Assembly (NCBI GenBank): GCA_038727095.1
Contig: JAVYWK010000018.1
Coordinates: forward strand, 1-39,555
DNA: 39,555 nt
Direction of reading: 5' to 3'
Source: Thermofilaceae archaeon
GTDB taxonomy: Archaea; Thermoproteota; Thermoprotei; Thermofilales; Thermofilaceae
Shown here: positions 1 to 8,438 of the stretch, piece by piece
Position numbering within the stretch: the stretch's first letter is position 1
Layout of the letters: every line of letters begins with the position of its first letter
The notes under the pieces: model-generated
What the model saw: the letters and a program-made list of their open reading frames with translations, nothing else
Databases searched by the model: none
What the model was told of the DNA's origin: nothing
Program-made: the position numbers and the translations under genes

Positions 1-49
1 GCTAACCAGGAGGCTCCGCTTTCCACGCGGCAGAGTGCCCGGCGCGTAG

Positions 50-385
50 TCAGGCGATCTTGATCCAGTACTTGGAAGCGTCCCTCAGCACGGCGCTCTC
101 CTGCAGCCTCTCCGCGAACTCATCCGGCGTCAGCGGTATCGCTTCCACGAATGGCCTTATCCCCGCCTTCCACTGCAGCTCGTTGATGAGGTCGAGCCTC
201 TCGAGGAACCTCATCCCCCGGAAGTCCTCGGAGACTATCACCAGGTCGACGTCGCTGGTCTTGAGCCAGGTGCCCTTAGCGTAGCTGCCGAAGAGGTAAG
301 CTTCCCTCACCCTGATTCTCCGAGAGAGCAGCTCTAGGAGAGAGCGCGCGGCTCTAAGCGCGGCTTCGAAGGAACTCTCTGACAA
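50..385 (-). CDS. Minimal nucleotidyltransferase (MNT) antitoxin
   Basis: LFGSYAKGTWLKTSDVD = GS-X10-DxD motif; 111 aa; overlaps the end of the upstream HEPN gene. Confidence 0.9.
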   Translation of the reverse strand: MSESSFEAALRAARSLLELLSRRIRVREAYLFGSYAKGTWLKTSDVDLVIVSEDFRGMRFLERLDLINELQWKAGIRPFVEAIPLTPDEFAERLQESAVLRDASKYWIKIA

Positions 386-764
386 GCCTTACCACCTCGC
401 TAGCCAAGTCGTAAGCCCTTAGAGCCTCAACTCTATCCACCGACTCGCTTGGAAGCCCGCCCGCCGCGTCAGGGTACCGTGTCACCGTGTAGTACTTGTT
501 CAGTATGAAGATCTGATCCTCTATATCTCTAGGCAGTGAAAAGCCGGCTTCCTTGAGCAGAGCGTAGAGCTCAGTGACCGTGTGTATACGCGGCGGCTCC
601 TCCCTCCTCACCACGAAGAACAGCGCTTTCAGCGCTTTCTCGACCGCCTGCTGCGAGAAAAAGGCCGCCCTGAACCATCTCCCCCCGTTCAAGGCTATCT
701 TAGCGTCCTCTAAGTCCTCGCCAGCAGCCCTGAGCCAGAGCTCCACCTCCCTACGCACTTGCAC
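354..764 (-). CDS. HEPN domain protein (COG2250-type), partner of MNT 50..385
   Basis: WL..A.EDL, AAFFSQQAVEKALKA, PRIH and YYTVTRYP motifs typical of archaeal HEPN proteins paired with MNT. Confidence 0.9.
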   Translation of the reverse strand: MQVRREVELWLRAAGEDLEDAKIALNGGRWFRAAFFSQQAVEKALKALFFVVRREEPPRIHTVTELYALLKEAGFSLPRDIEDQIFILNKYYTVTRYPDAAGGLPSESVDRVEALRAYDLASEVVRLVREFLRSRA

Positions 765-1059
765 TACAACATTAATGGCCCGCTTCCCTAATATCTTTTC
801 CTACAGCTTAGATCCAACTTCCCAGCACGCTTGCCGTCCAAAAGTACCTCAAGGATCCAAGAAGTCCCGCGTAAATGGACGAGAGGGCTTCTCCCTGCCA
901 CCTCGTCGTACCCGTACCCTCCTAGAGAGGTTATGCTTCAGCCTCTTTATGCCCCAATTCGCCGTGCTCACCGGGGACCGGCAGCCGCCGGATGGGGGTA
1001 AGATCCCGACACACTAAAGCTGCATAGGCGTTAAATAAGCCTTGTAGCTGCACTTCCTC

Positions 1060-1449
1060 ATGATGTCGCGCATCCGCGAGGTAGAGCTCTTGAGAAGGAG
1101 GGCGAGATCCTTCCTCGCGAGAGCCCTGGAGAGCTTTGACGCGGGGGATTACGACATAGCTGTCTTCCTTGCGGAGCAGGCGGTGCAGCTTCACCTTAAA
1201 TCGGTGCTGCTGGAGAAGGTGGGTGATTACCCCAAGGTTCACTCGATAATGACTCACGCCTCGATCCTCGCTAGGCTGCCCGAGTGTAAAGGGCTCACAA
1301 GCTTCCTCGAGGAGAATAGAGCTAAGGTCGGCCTCCTGGAGGACGCCTACATAGCTTCGAGGTACTTGGTGAGGGAGTACACCAGGGAGGAAGCTGAAAT
1401 CCTCGTAAACTTCGCGAAAGAGGTTTTGAAGCATGGAGAGCTACATTGA
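1060..1449 (+). CDS. HEPN domain protein (COG2250-type)
   Basis: AVFLAEQAVQLHLK, PKVH and AYIASRY motifs; TATA-like ttaaata at ~1031-1037; overlaps downstream MNT. Confidence 0.9.
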   Translation: MMSRIREVELLRRRARSFLARALESFDAGDYDIAVFLAEQAVQLHLKSVLLEKVGDYPKVHSIMTHASILARLPECKGLTSFLEENRAKVGLLEDAYIASRYLVREYTREEAEILVNFAKEVLKHGELH

Positions 1450-1774
1450 CATACTCGTAAAGAGAGCCGAGATGGTTAGGAACTGGAGGGAGTACGCTGC
1501 CAGGGTTGCGGAGGCTGCTAGAGCTGTTCTCCCGGGGGCGAGGGTTTACGTTTTCGGGAGCGTGGTGAGGGGCGAGCACACCGGCGGCAGCGACGTCGAT
1601 ATACTGGTACTATCGGAGAGCCTTCCAAGGAGCGGCTTAGAGAGAGCGAAGATAAAAGTAGAGATAGAGGAGCTCGCAGGCCTCCCGCTGTACCACCCGT
1701 TCGAGATCCACTTGGCAGACAAGGAAGAGGGAAGGTGGTACCTCAGCAGGATCAAAGAGCTAGTGGAGTGCTGA
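1433..1774 (+). CDS. MNT antitoxin
   Basis: VFGSVVRGEHTGGSDVD = GS-X10-DxD; PFEIHL tail; overlaps the HEPN stop. Confidence 0.9.
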   Translation: MESYIDILVKRAEMVRNWREYAARVAEAARAVLPGARVYVFGSVVRGEHTGGSDVDILVLSESLPRSGLERAKIKVEIEELAGLPLYHPFEIHLADKEEGRWYLSRIKELVEC

Positions 1775-2282
1775 GGATCGGATGCTCCGAGCCGCGCATC
1801 AGCTACACCCCTGTTAATACACGTTAGCACACTCCGGAGGTTCTGGCTGCTTGAACGGAGTGGGATCGGCTCGCAGCAATTCGTGAATTTCGCGGCCCTA
1901 GCTCAGGGCAGACCGCTTTCTCTCCGCGGTGGGTAAAGTCCCTGGCGAGGCTAACAGCCCAGTGAGTTGGGCGAGGGTTCTTCGGCCTTCTCGCCGCTAT
2001 GGTTGCCGAGCGCAAACGATTCCCGGGCAAAGTGGGGGCTGCCTGCTGAGCGGCGAAGCGGACTCACTCTTGACCGCCGTGCTCGAGAGACCGCCTGGCG
2101 TAGGTTGCGACCCTGTTGTGCTCCTCACCGGGTCGTTACCGTGCGTTGAAGCGCCCTGACTCTAGGGTTCTTGGAACCCTTGGGCAACCGATGAAGCGCC
2201 CGCACCATTAGCCAGGCTGGCGCTCGGCAGTTAGAGACGCGGTTTAAGCCGGTGGCTCTAAGCGTGGCACAAGCCTCGATTT

Positions 2283-3365
2283 TCACCTGAGCACAGCTTC
2301 GCCCTCGCTTACTGTGCATGGGTAGACTGATGGCGTGAACACGATCCTCGCCAGCACGCCTTCGGCCTCGATGTTGTAGGAGAGAAGCTTACCCGCACTA
2401 GCCTGCACGCTGTCGTACTCCCTCCAGTTGCCGCTCTGCGTTAAAACCTCCAGGCTCAACGTACCAGCCTCATCGGCCTGGAAGTAGATCGTCTTACCCG
2501 CGTAACCGAATATCGGGATCGGGTGGCTCACCAGACTCCCCGACTCGACAGTTCTGCCTACGAAAGTGTTCCAGGTGCCTGACTCGTAGAGCCTATACAC
2601 GGCAGGCATCACCTCCGACCCTTCGATGACTCTGAAACCCCACTGGGAGACCTCCCAGACCGTCTCCCTCTCCATGTAGTCGTGGTGGTTCTCGATGTCC
2701 AGCACAGTCCTCATCGCCGTGTTGAGCCTGTAAGGTACCGTGAGGATCGCGTAAGGGGGGCCGTTGATCGTGGAGGCACGAAGGTTCGGCGCCGCTACGC
2801 CGACGGCCAGGAGCCTATCGTCAACCCCCCACTCGACAACGTTCCTCGCGACCGCGACCCAGTACTCCCTTTCAGTCTCCCTGTAGTCGCTCGGGAGCAA
2901 CCCTGTGACGTCGACGCTGCGGAGAGCGTGGAGCGTGCCCAGGTAGCAGGATAGCCTCCCGTCGGGGCCGTAGAACCTGAAGTGCGCGACACCGCCGAGA
3001 AACGCGTCGTCCGTCTCGAAACCGAACCAAGCGACCTCCTCCACCCCCAGCTTCGGCGGCCTGCAGTGGAGGCTGAACTTTCCGAACCTGTACGACCTGA
3101 TACTCCTGATCGAGACAACCCTGTAGCCCTTCGGTCTCGCGTAGGTGGCCGCTAAACGGCGCTCAGCAGCTCTCCAGAAGTCGCTCGGCTTCGCCGGCAC
3201 CCACAGGTCTTCCGGCCCCACCCTAGCCCAGCTCATGAAGAACGCGTCAACCCCCCTGCTCAGGAAGCCAGTCCAAGAAAGGATGTCGCGCGAGTCAAAC
3301 TCCTCCCTCAAGGCCCTCCTAACCTCACCCCCGATCGCCTCCCCAAGTTTCGCCGGAAACGCCAC
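2283..3365 (-). CDS. Hypothetical cytoplasmic beta-rich protein, possible ConA/GH16-like jelly-roll plus a C-terminal beta domain (ORF track start 3497; preferred start GTG 3365)
   Basis: Long open frame; minus-strand TTTAAG (3393-3388) lies 23 nt before GTG 3365; segments SYRFGKFSLHCRPP and EYWVAV..NVVEWGVDDRLL resemble GH16/ConA strands; no signal peptide. Confidence 0.6.
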   Translation of the reverse strand: MAFPAKLGEAIGGEVRRALREEFDSRDILSWTGFLSRGVDAFFMSWARVGPEDLWVPAKPSDFWRAAERRLAATYARPKGYRVVSIRSIRSYRFGKFSLHCRPPKLGVEEVAWFGFETDDAFLGGVAHFRFYGPDGRLSCYLGTLHALRSVDVTGLLPSDYRETEREYWVAVARNVVEWGVDDRLLAVGVAAPNLRASTINGPPYAILTVPYRLNTAMRTVLDIENHHDYMERETVWEVSQWGFRVIEGSEVMPAVYRLYESGTWNTFVGRTVESGSLVSHPIPIFGYAGKTIYFQADEAGTLSLEVLTQSGNWREYDSVQASAGKLLSYNIEAEGVLARIVFTPSVYPCTVSEGEAVLR

Positions 3366-3500
3366 GAGAGTTCCAGAGGGAGAGCAGCTTAAAGCCTGTT
3401 GCCCCAAGGTCGCATCGGCGCAGAGTGACCCGGCCGCTCGAAAAACTAGCTGCTTTAAGCTGGTGACGCCGCGATCGACGCCCTCACCCTCGGGCACGGT

Positions 3501-3506
3501 TTTAAA
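3501..3506 (+). promoter_or_regulatory. TATA box for the ADP-ribosylglycohydrolase gene
   Basis: TTTAAA about 23 nt upstream of in-frame GTG 3529, typical spacing for a leaderless archaeal transcript. Confidence 0.55.
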
Positions 3507-3528
3507 CGTGGTGCGGGGGAGTACGTGC

Positions 3529-5406
3529 GTGGAGCTTGTCGAGCTCGACTACTCGACGTACTACGATAAGGTGTACGGCGGCTGGCTGGGGAAGAGCGTC
3601 GGTGGAGCGGTTGGAGCGCAGGTGGAGGGGCAGAAGAGGCTCCACAGCTTCACCGAGGAGACCGCGTTCCCCGAGAAGTGGCCGCCGAACGACGATCTCG
3701 ATCTGCAGGTCCTCTGGCTCCACGCGATCTACGAGAGGGGGCTCCAGCTGACGAGTAGGGATCTGGCTGAGGAGTGGTGGGAGCACTGCTGGTACCACTT
3801 CAACGAGTACGGGCGCTTCCTCAAGAACTTCGCTAGAGGCATTGATCCCCCATACTCGGGCTGGTTCGACAACGAGTACTTCCGAGAGTCGATGGGATCC
3901 CCGATCAGGTCCGAGGTGTGGGGCTTCATCTTCCCGGGCAACCCGGATCTAGCGGCAGCCTACGCCGAGCGCGACGCCGTACTCGACCACTGGAGGGACT
4001 CGGTGTGGGCCGAGCAGTTCTACGCTGCGATCGAGTCGCTATCCTTCTTCGAGAGCGACTTGAACAAGCTGATCGAGACGGGGCTCCGCTACGTTCCCAG
4101 CGGCTCGAAGCTGAGGGCCCTCGTAGAGCTCGTCCTGGAGTGCAGGAGGAGAGGGCTCAGCTGGGTTGAAGCGAGGAGCGAAGTCCTCCGCCGGTTCGGA
4201 AACCCCGACGCGACCTCGGTCCACCAGAACGTGGGCTTTACGCTGATCGCCTTGCTCTGGGGCGAGTACGACTTTGGGAGGACCATTCTCATCGCGCTCA
4301 ACTCGGGCTACGACACCGACTGCACGGCCGCTACAGCGGGGGCGATCCTAGGCGTCATCCTCGGGGCCAGCAGGCTACCGGAGAAGTGGGTGGAACCGCT
4401 GCATGACTCCTTCGAGATGGGCTTCCCCCTGCCGAGGGAGAGCTACCGGATCAGCGATCTCGCCCACGAGACCTGCGCCGCGGGCATCGCAGCCTCGCGC
4501 CTCCTCAACAAGCGCGTCAGGATCGTGAACATGCCGAAGCGCGCCGAGGAGCTTGCGGCGAGGATCCCCATCCGCTCGATCCCCGGGGTGGAGCTCCATA
4601 TCGACTACCTCGGCCTCCCCGCTATCGGAGGAGGTGAGGTGAAGCAGATCGCCGTCAAAATCGTGAACAACGGGAGCAGCGCTCTCAGCGGTTGGCTGGA
4701 GCTCGAAGCGCCGGAAGGGTGGTCCGCGCCGGACCCCATCAGGGTTTCCGTGCCGCCATGCTCGTCTGAAAGCTGCCGCCTCCAGGTCAAAGCGCCAGCC
4801 TCCGGCCTCCTATGGGACCAGAACATCCTCAGAGCCCGCTTCGTGGAGGAAAGCGGGAGAGCGCACATCAGGGAGTTCGGGCTCGCCGGCTCAAAGCTGT
4901 GGCTCGTGCTGGGCCCCTTCTACGACAGCCCCAGCTGGCTGGTGGACAGGGCCGACATCGAGGAGCCGTACGTGGACGAGCGCTTGATCGAGAGCAGAGG
5001 GGAGCTGGAGCTCTTCAAAAGTGCTATCAAGCTGAGCTCCCCCACCAGCCTACTGCCGCTCAACAAGGTTGTAGGATTCGCAGGCGAATGCTGCCTCTAC
5101 CTACTCCACCGCCTCTACTCGCCAGACGAGAGGGACGTCTTCCTCGTCATAGGAGCTCAGGGAGACGTAAAGGTGTGGTTGAACGGGAGTCAGCTGATGT
5201 CATCCTCAAGCCAGGCTGCACGCTCCATCTGGAACCCCCTAATGCACTGGTACCCCGCCCACCTCCGGAGGGGGGAGAACAGGGTCGTCATCAAGTACGC
5301 AAAGAAGACGAGAGAACCCTTGCTCAGCTTCGACGTATACAAGGAGAACGTAGAAAGAAAACAGAGGTTCTCCGTGTGGCAAGTAGACCTCGCCAGTATA
5401 CTCTGA
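3529..5406 (+). CDS. ADP-ribosylglycohydrolase (DraG/ARH) family protein with C-terminal NEW3/Ig-like and PA14-like domains (true start ~3529, not 3145)
   Basis: YYDKVYGGWLGKSVGGAVG N-terminus, NDDLD and GYDTDCTAATAGAILG acidic metal motifs; V.N.G...SG.LEL.APEGW (NEW3-like); WLVLGPF and DVKVWLNG...HLRRGENRVVIK (PA14-like). The 3145-3528 extension overlaps the opposite-strand gene and looks non-coding. Confidence 0.85.
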   Translation: MELVELDYSTYYDKVYGGWLGKSVGGAVGAQVEGQKRLHSFTEETAFPEKWPPNDDLDLQVLWLHAIYERGLQLTSRDLAEEWWEHCWYHFNEYGRFLKNFARGIDPPYSGWFDNEYFRESMGSPIRSEVWGFIFPGNPDLAAAYAERDAVLDHWRDSVWAEQFYAAIESLSFFESDLNKLIETGLRYVPSGSKLRALVELVLECRRRGLSWVEARSEVLRRFGNPDATSVHQNVGFTLIALLWGEYDFGRTILIALNSGYDTDCTAATAGAILGVILGASRLPEKWVEPLHDSFEMGFPLPRESYRISDLAHETCAAGIAASRLLNKRVRIVNMPKRAEELAARIPIRSIPGVELHIDYLGLPAIGGGEVKQIAVKIVNNGSSALSGWLELEAPEGWSAPDPIRVSVPPCSSESCRLQVKAPASGLLWDQNILRARFVEESGRAHIREFGLAGSKLWLVLGPFYDSPSWLVDRADIEEPYVDERLIESRGELELFKSAIKLSSPTSLLPLNKVVGFAGECCLYLLHRLYSPDERDVFLVIGAQGDVKVWLNGSQLMSSSSQAARSIWNPLMHWYPAHLRRGENRVVIKYAKKTREPLLSFDVYKENVERKQRFSVWQVDLASIL

Positions 5407-5439
5407 AAAGTTGGCGAGCCATTTGGTCAGGTACGATAC

Positions 5440-5493
5440 ATTACTTTACTACTTTTCCTCCTTTATAGCATTCATAACGATAAAGATGTTTTT
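5440..5493. terminator. AT/T-rich convergent intergenic region, probable oligo-U terminator(s)
   Basis: ttactttactacttttcctcctttat and gatgttttt between convergent stops at 5406 and 5494. Confidence 0.35.
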
Positions 5494-8376
5494 CTAACCT
5501 CTTTGTGCCCTCCATTCGAGTGTTAGCTTTCTGACGAGTGATGCCACATCCCTTAAGCACTCTTTGGCGAACATCGTGTAAATGGTTACGATTTTCGATT
5601 CCAACTCTACAGCGTACTCGCCGTTTGCTCTCTTGATTCTAACCCTGTTGTAGGATTTAAAGGCTCGTCCCTCCACCTGGAGATATTCGAAGTAGACCAC
5701 GAAGACCGGTCGTTCTTCGTTACCTTCTATCCATCCCGAGACGCTATATACGCTCACCTTGTTTCCCGCCATCTCACTCAGCTTCGATTCGAGGAATTCG
5801 GCAAGCTCCCTTGCTTTCTCCTTACTCCTTACTACGACCGGTATCGGTGTGACGAGAGTGACTTCGCGTTCAACGTCATCTCGCGCGGATTCTTCTGCCT
5901 CTACCATCCACCTCCTTCTCAGAGATGGTACTGCTGCTACAACTGCTTTAGTGGCAGGCGATAGGGCTCCCAGGAGCGCTAGAACCGTTGGAAGAACTAT
6001 GGATAAGAGGAAGGAAGAAGTATCCAGTTTCACATCCACGGGTATCTCTGCACTGGTTGCACTGAATCCTCTGAATGCCGTTAAGCCGGCTAGATACCCC
6101 AAAACACCGCCGGCGAAGCCGATAACGCTGGCCATCATCACGAATACGAGGAAGACTTGGTCGGGGGTTGCTCCCAGTGTGGAAAGCGTGAAGATGTCCC
6201 TCCTTACCTCGTATACGAAGCCGAGAAACGACATGTAGACTATGAGCAGTGCTATGAGGCTGGGGATAAGGAGTTCCACCCCCACTACTTCAATCCGAAA
6301 GCCCGGGTAGTAAATTTCGGTGGGTTTACCAGCTTCAGCGACGTAGACGTTAACATTGCCCAGCAGGCTGAGGACTCTCGCTAACGTAGCGCTATCCGAT
6401 CCCGGGGTTAGTTTCACGTAAACCTTGTTTGTGACCGCTCCAACGAGGACAGCGTCTCCGTAGTAGAGGAACACAACGCTCTCAGCCGGCGGTTTGTAGC
6501 TCGAAGTTCCAACCATGATAGTGGGCAGCAAATCATCCCCGTCTAAGTCCTTGACTTTTGTCAGCGCTCTGCTATCGAAAACGCCAACCACCGTGTAACT
6601 AGATCCACCAATTTCGATAACGTCGCCAACCCTTAAACTGGCTGCTTTGGCCAGGGCGTCGCTGATGATGATTGCACTACTGTGAATCCCTAGGACGCTG
6701 CCCTCCACCATGCAGCAATTCTCCATGAGCATTGCGACTAGTGAGTTTTGGGTTATCCCAAACACGCCCGAGATAGGTAGTCCTCTCACCGTATCGTAGG
6801 GATTCATTGGGAACACCGCTATGGCGCTCGGAGAGATGCTTTGCACCTCGTTTCGGCTGGCGAGGAACGCTAACCCGGCAACATTGACCGGGGTGATCCC
6901 CCCGAAAGCTGCTAACCCGTAGCCGCGGGCGATGAGATACGGGCCGTCAATGGTCTCTGGTACAAATTCCGAGATTTGGTGGCTGACGGCAGTATGCATG
7001 GTAAACGATGTTAAGCACGTGGTACCAAAAGCCATCAAAGCGGTAGTAATGAAGAGTAAGATGGCTCTCAACCTTCGCCGCGCTAGGAAGCTTACAGAGA
7101 AGTTAACCGTTGAGGCGATTAGGCCTTCGAGAGTTGCACCGCTCGCAGTAGATATGGCTTGAACAGGTTTTTGCTTCAATAAAACCCTTAACCCCAGAAA
7201 GGCACCTATGACGGCTGCCGCCGAAGACAGCATGATCGCATTTATTCTAGCTTTTGGCAGCAGTTGAAAAGTAAGAACCCAGGTAACAGCGAATAGCGCG
7301 AAGCTGAAAACCACCTTTAAAGCCCACTTTTGGGACAACCTCAAACCTACTAGGAGGCAGAGGAGCATCTCAGCCCCGGTGAGTAGCAGTGCGTAAGTAA
7401 TGCTAGGCCCAGCTTCAAGTCGAACCAGGTATGTCTCAAGTTTCGATAAGAGGCTGTACGCAAGCCTCTGCCCGAACGCCTCCTGCAGGCTTCCGTCCTC
7501 AACTGCTACGCTCTCAGTGATTGATAACAGTCGTTTACTGCTGCCCAAGTAGTACCCGCTAGACTCGAGAGAGTTGAGGAGGTTACTCACGTTAGCTCGC
7601 AGTTCGCTCAGCTCCCCCCTGTTGGTTAGCAAAACTAGATTAGCGACATCTTCTATAGTCAAGGATCCGTTGGGTTTCGCGTCAAGAACCCACTTGAGCA
7701 ACTCTGCATGCCCCTTGAGCAGTACTCGTACTGAAACCTCTACCTGGCCCAATGGGGGGAGGATGAACCTTGATGCGTAAGAGGACAACTCAGGAACGGA
7801 GCGCCCTAGCAGCATCTGGTAGTTGGGCGTTAACCACTGCAGCTTGTAGGAGAGTTGCTCCGGCTCTAGCATTTGAACTTCAACTGAAATATCTGGGTAC
7901 CTCCCATCCAGGAGAGGTAGCACATTCACAGTTACAGCGAACCCTTCCACTACGGGCCACTCGAGGGTGAGTGCTGTCGAGTTAGCTAGGGTTTTCTCAT
8001 CAATAACCATGATAAAGGGAGTGAGGGGTTCTCCCCTGGAGAAGGGACCTAGGATTGAGAAGCGTTTAACTCCTGCGGGAACGGGTAGGAAAGCTTGGCT
8101 GCCTGAAACTTTGTAAGGGATGTACACTGGCACTTCGATGTAGCGGCGCGCTCCCGGTACTCTGGTGGGAAGGCTTCTCATTACCGTCGTATTGATGACC
8201 ATGAAGCCCTCAATCGGCCGCTGAAAGTTCAAGACGATTACACTCTGGGAAACCTCAGCGGTCATGGAATTACTGGTAAAACCATCCGAGTAAGCACATA
8301 CGCTCGGGAGGAGAAGTACAGAGATTACGGTCATAAGTCCTAGCGCTGCCCGCAAAGTGGGCTTAACGACTTTCAT
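5494..8376 (-). CDS. FtsX/MacB-like ABC-type permease with a large extracellular N-terminal region and a C-terminal soluble extension
   Basis: Signal peptide; ARRRLRAILLF start of a MacB-type extracellular core; LRVGDVIEIGG..YTVVGVF; VYEVRRDIFTLSTLGATP (FtsX ER.REI..L..LG motif); tail from AVPSLRRRW to LTLEWRA. Confidence 0.85.
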   Translation of the reverse strand: MKVVKPTLRAALGLMTVISVLLLPSVCAYSDGFTSNSMTAEVSQSVIVLNFQRPIEGFMVINTTVMRSLPTRVPGARRYIEVPVYIPYKVSGSQAFLPVPAGVKRFSILGPFSRGEPLTPFIMVIDEKTLANSTALTLEWPVVEGFAVTVNVLPLLDGRYPDISVEVQMLEPEQLSYKLQWLTPNYQMLLGRSVPELSSYASRFILPPLGQVEVSVRVLLKGHAELLKWVLDAKPNGSLTIEDVANLVLLTNRGELSELRANVSNLLNSLESSGYYLGSSKRLLSITESVAVEDGSLQEAFGQRLAYSLLSKLETYLVRLEAGPSITYALLLTGAEMLLCLLVGLRLSQKWALKVVFSFALFAVTWVLTFQLLPKARINAIMLSSAAAVIGAFLGLRVLLKQKPVQAISTASGATLEGLIASTVNFSVSFLARRRLRAILLFITTALMAFGTTCLTSFTMHTAVSHQISEFVPETIDGPYLIARGYGLAAFGGITPVNVAGLAFLASRNEVQSISPSAIAVFPMNPYDTVRGLPISGVFGITQNSLVAMLMENCCMVEGSVLGIHSSAIIISDALAKAASLRVGDVIEIGGSSYTVVGVFDSRALTKVKDLDGDDLLPTIMVGTSSYKPPAESVVFLYYGDAVLVGAVTNKVYVKLTPGSDSATLARVLSLLGNVNVYVAEAGKPTEIYYPGFRIEVVGVELLIPSLIALLIVYMSFLGFVYEVRRDIFTLSTLGATPDQVFLVFVMMASVIGFAGGVLGYLAGLTAFRGFSATSAEIPVDVKLDTSSFLLSIVLPTVLALLGALSPATKAVVAAVPSLRRRWMVEAEESARDDVEREVTLVTPIPVVVRSKEKARELAEFLESKLSEMAGNKVSVYSVSGWIEGNEERPVFVVYFEYLQVEGRAFKSYNRVRIKRANGEYAVELESKIVTIYTMFAKECLRDVASLVRKLTLEWRAQRG

Positions 8377-8438
8377 TCTTATTCGTGAAAGCTGGCGAGT
8401 TATCTTAAATAAACTTTTTTTCTATAGTTAATTTCACT

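Noticed and set aside
790-1020. Possible gene relic between the divergent HEPN genes
   Set aside because: Short protein-like stretches on the minus strand, but no recognisable family or intact frame.
1929-2159. 76-aa ORF with a faint PIN-like GEADSLL...LLTG segment
   Set aside because: No N-terminal PIN Asp motif, no antitoxin partner and atypical composition; too weak to call.
1925-2210. RNase P RNA, SRP RNA or C/D-box sRNA
   Set aside because: gggtaaagtcc only loosely resembles GAGGAAAGUCC and the 3' P4 partner is absent; there is no SRP helix-8 motif and no proper RUGAUGA box C.
3145-3528. 128-aa N-terminal extension of the ARH ORF in the ORF track
   Set aside because: It overlaps the opposite-strand gene and promoter region; family similarity and a well-spaced TATA point to GTG 3529.
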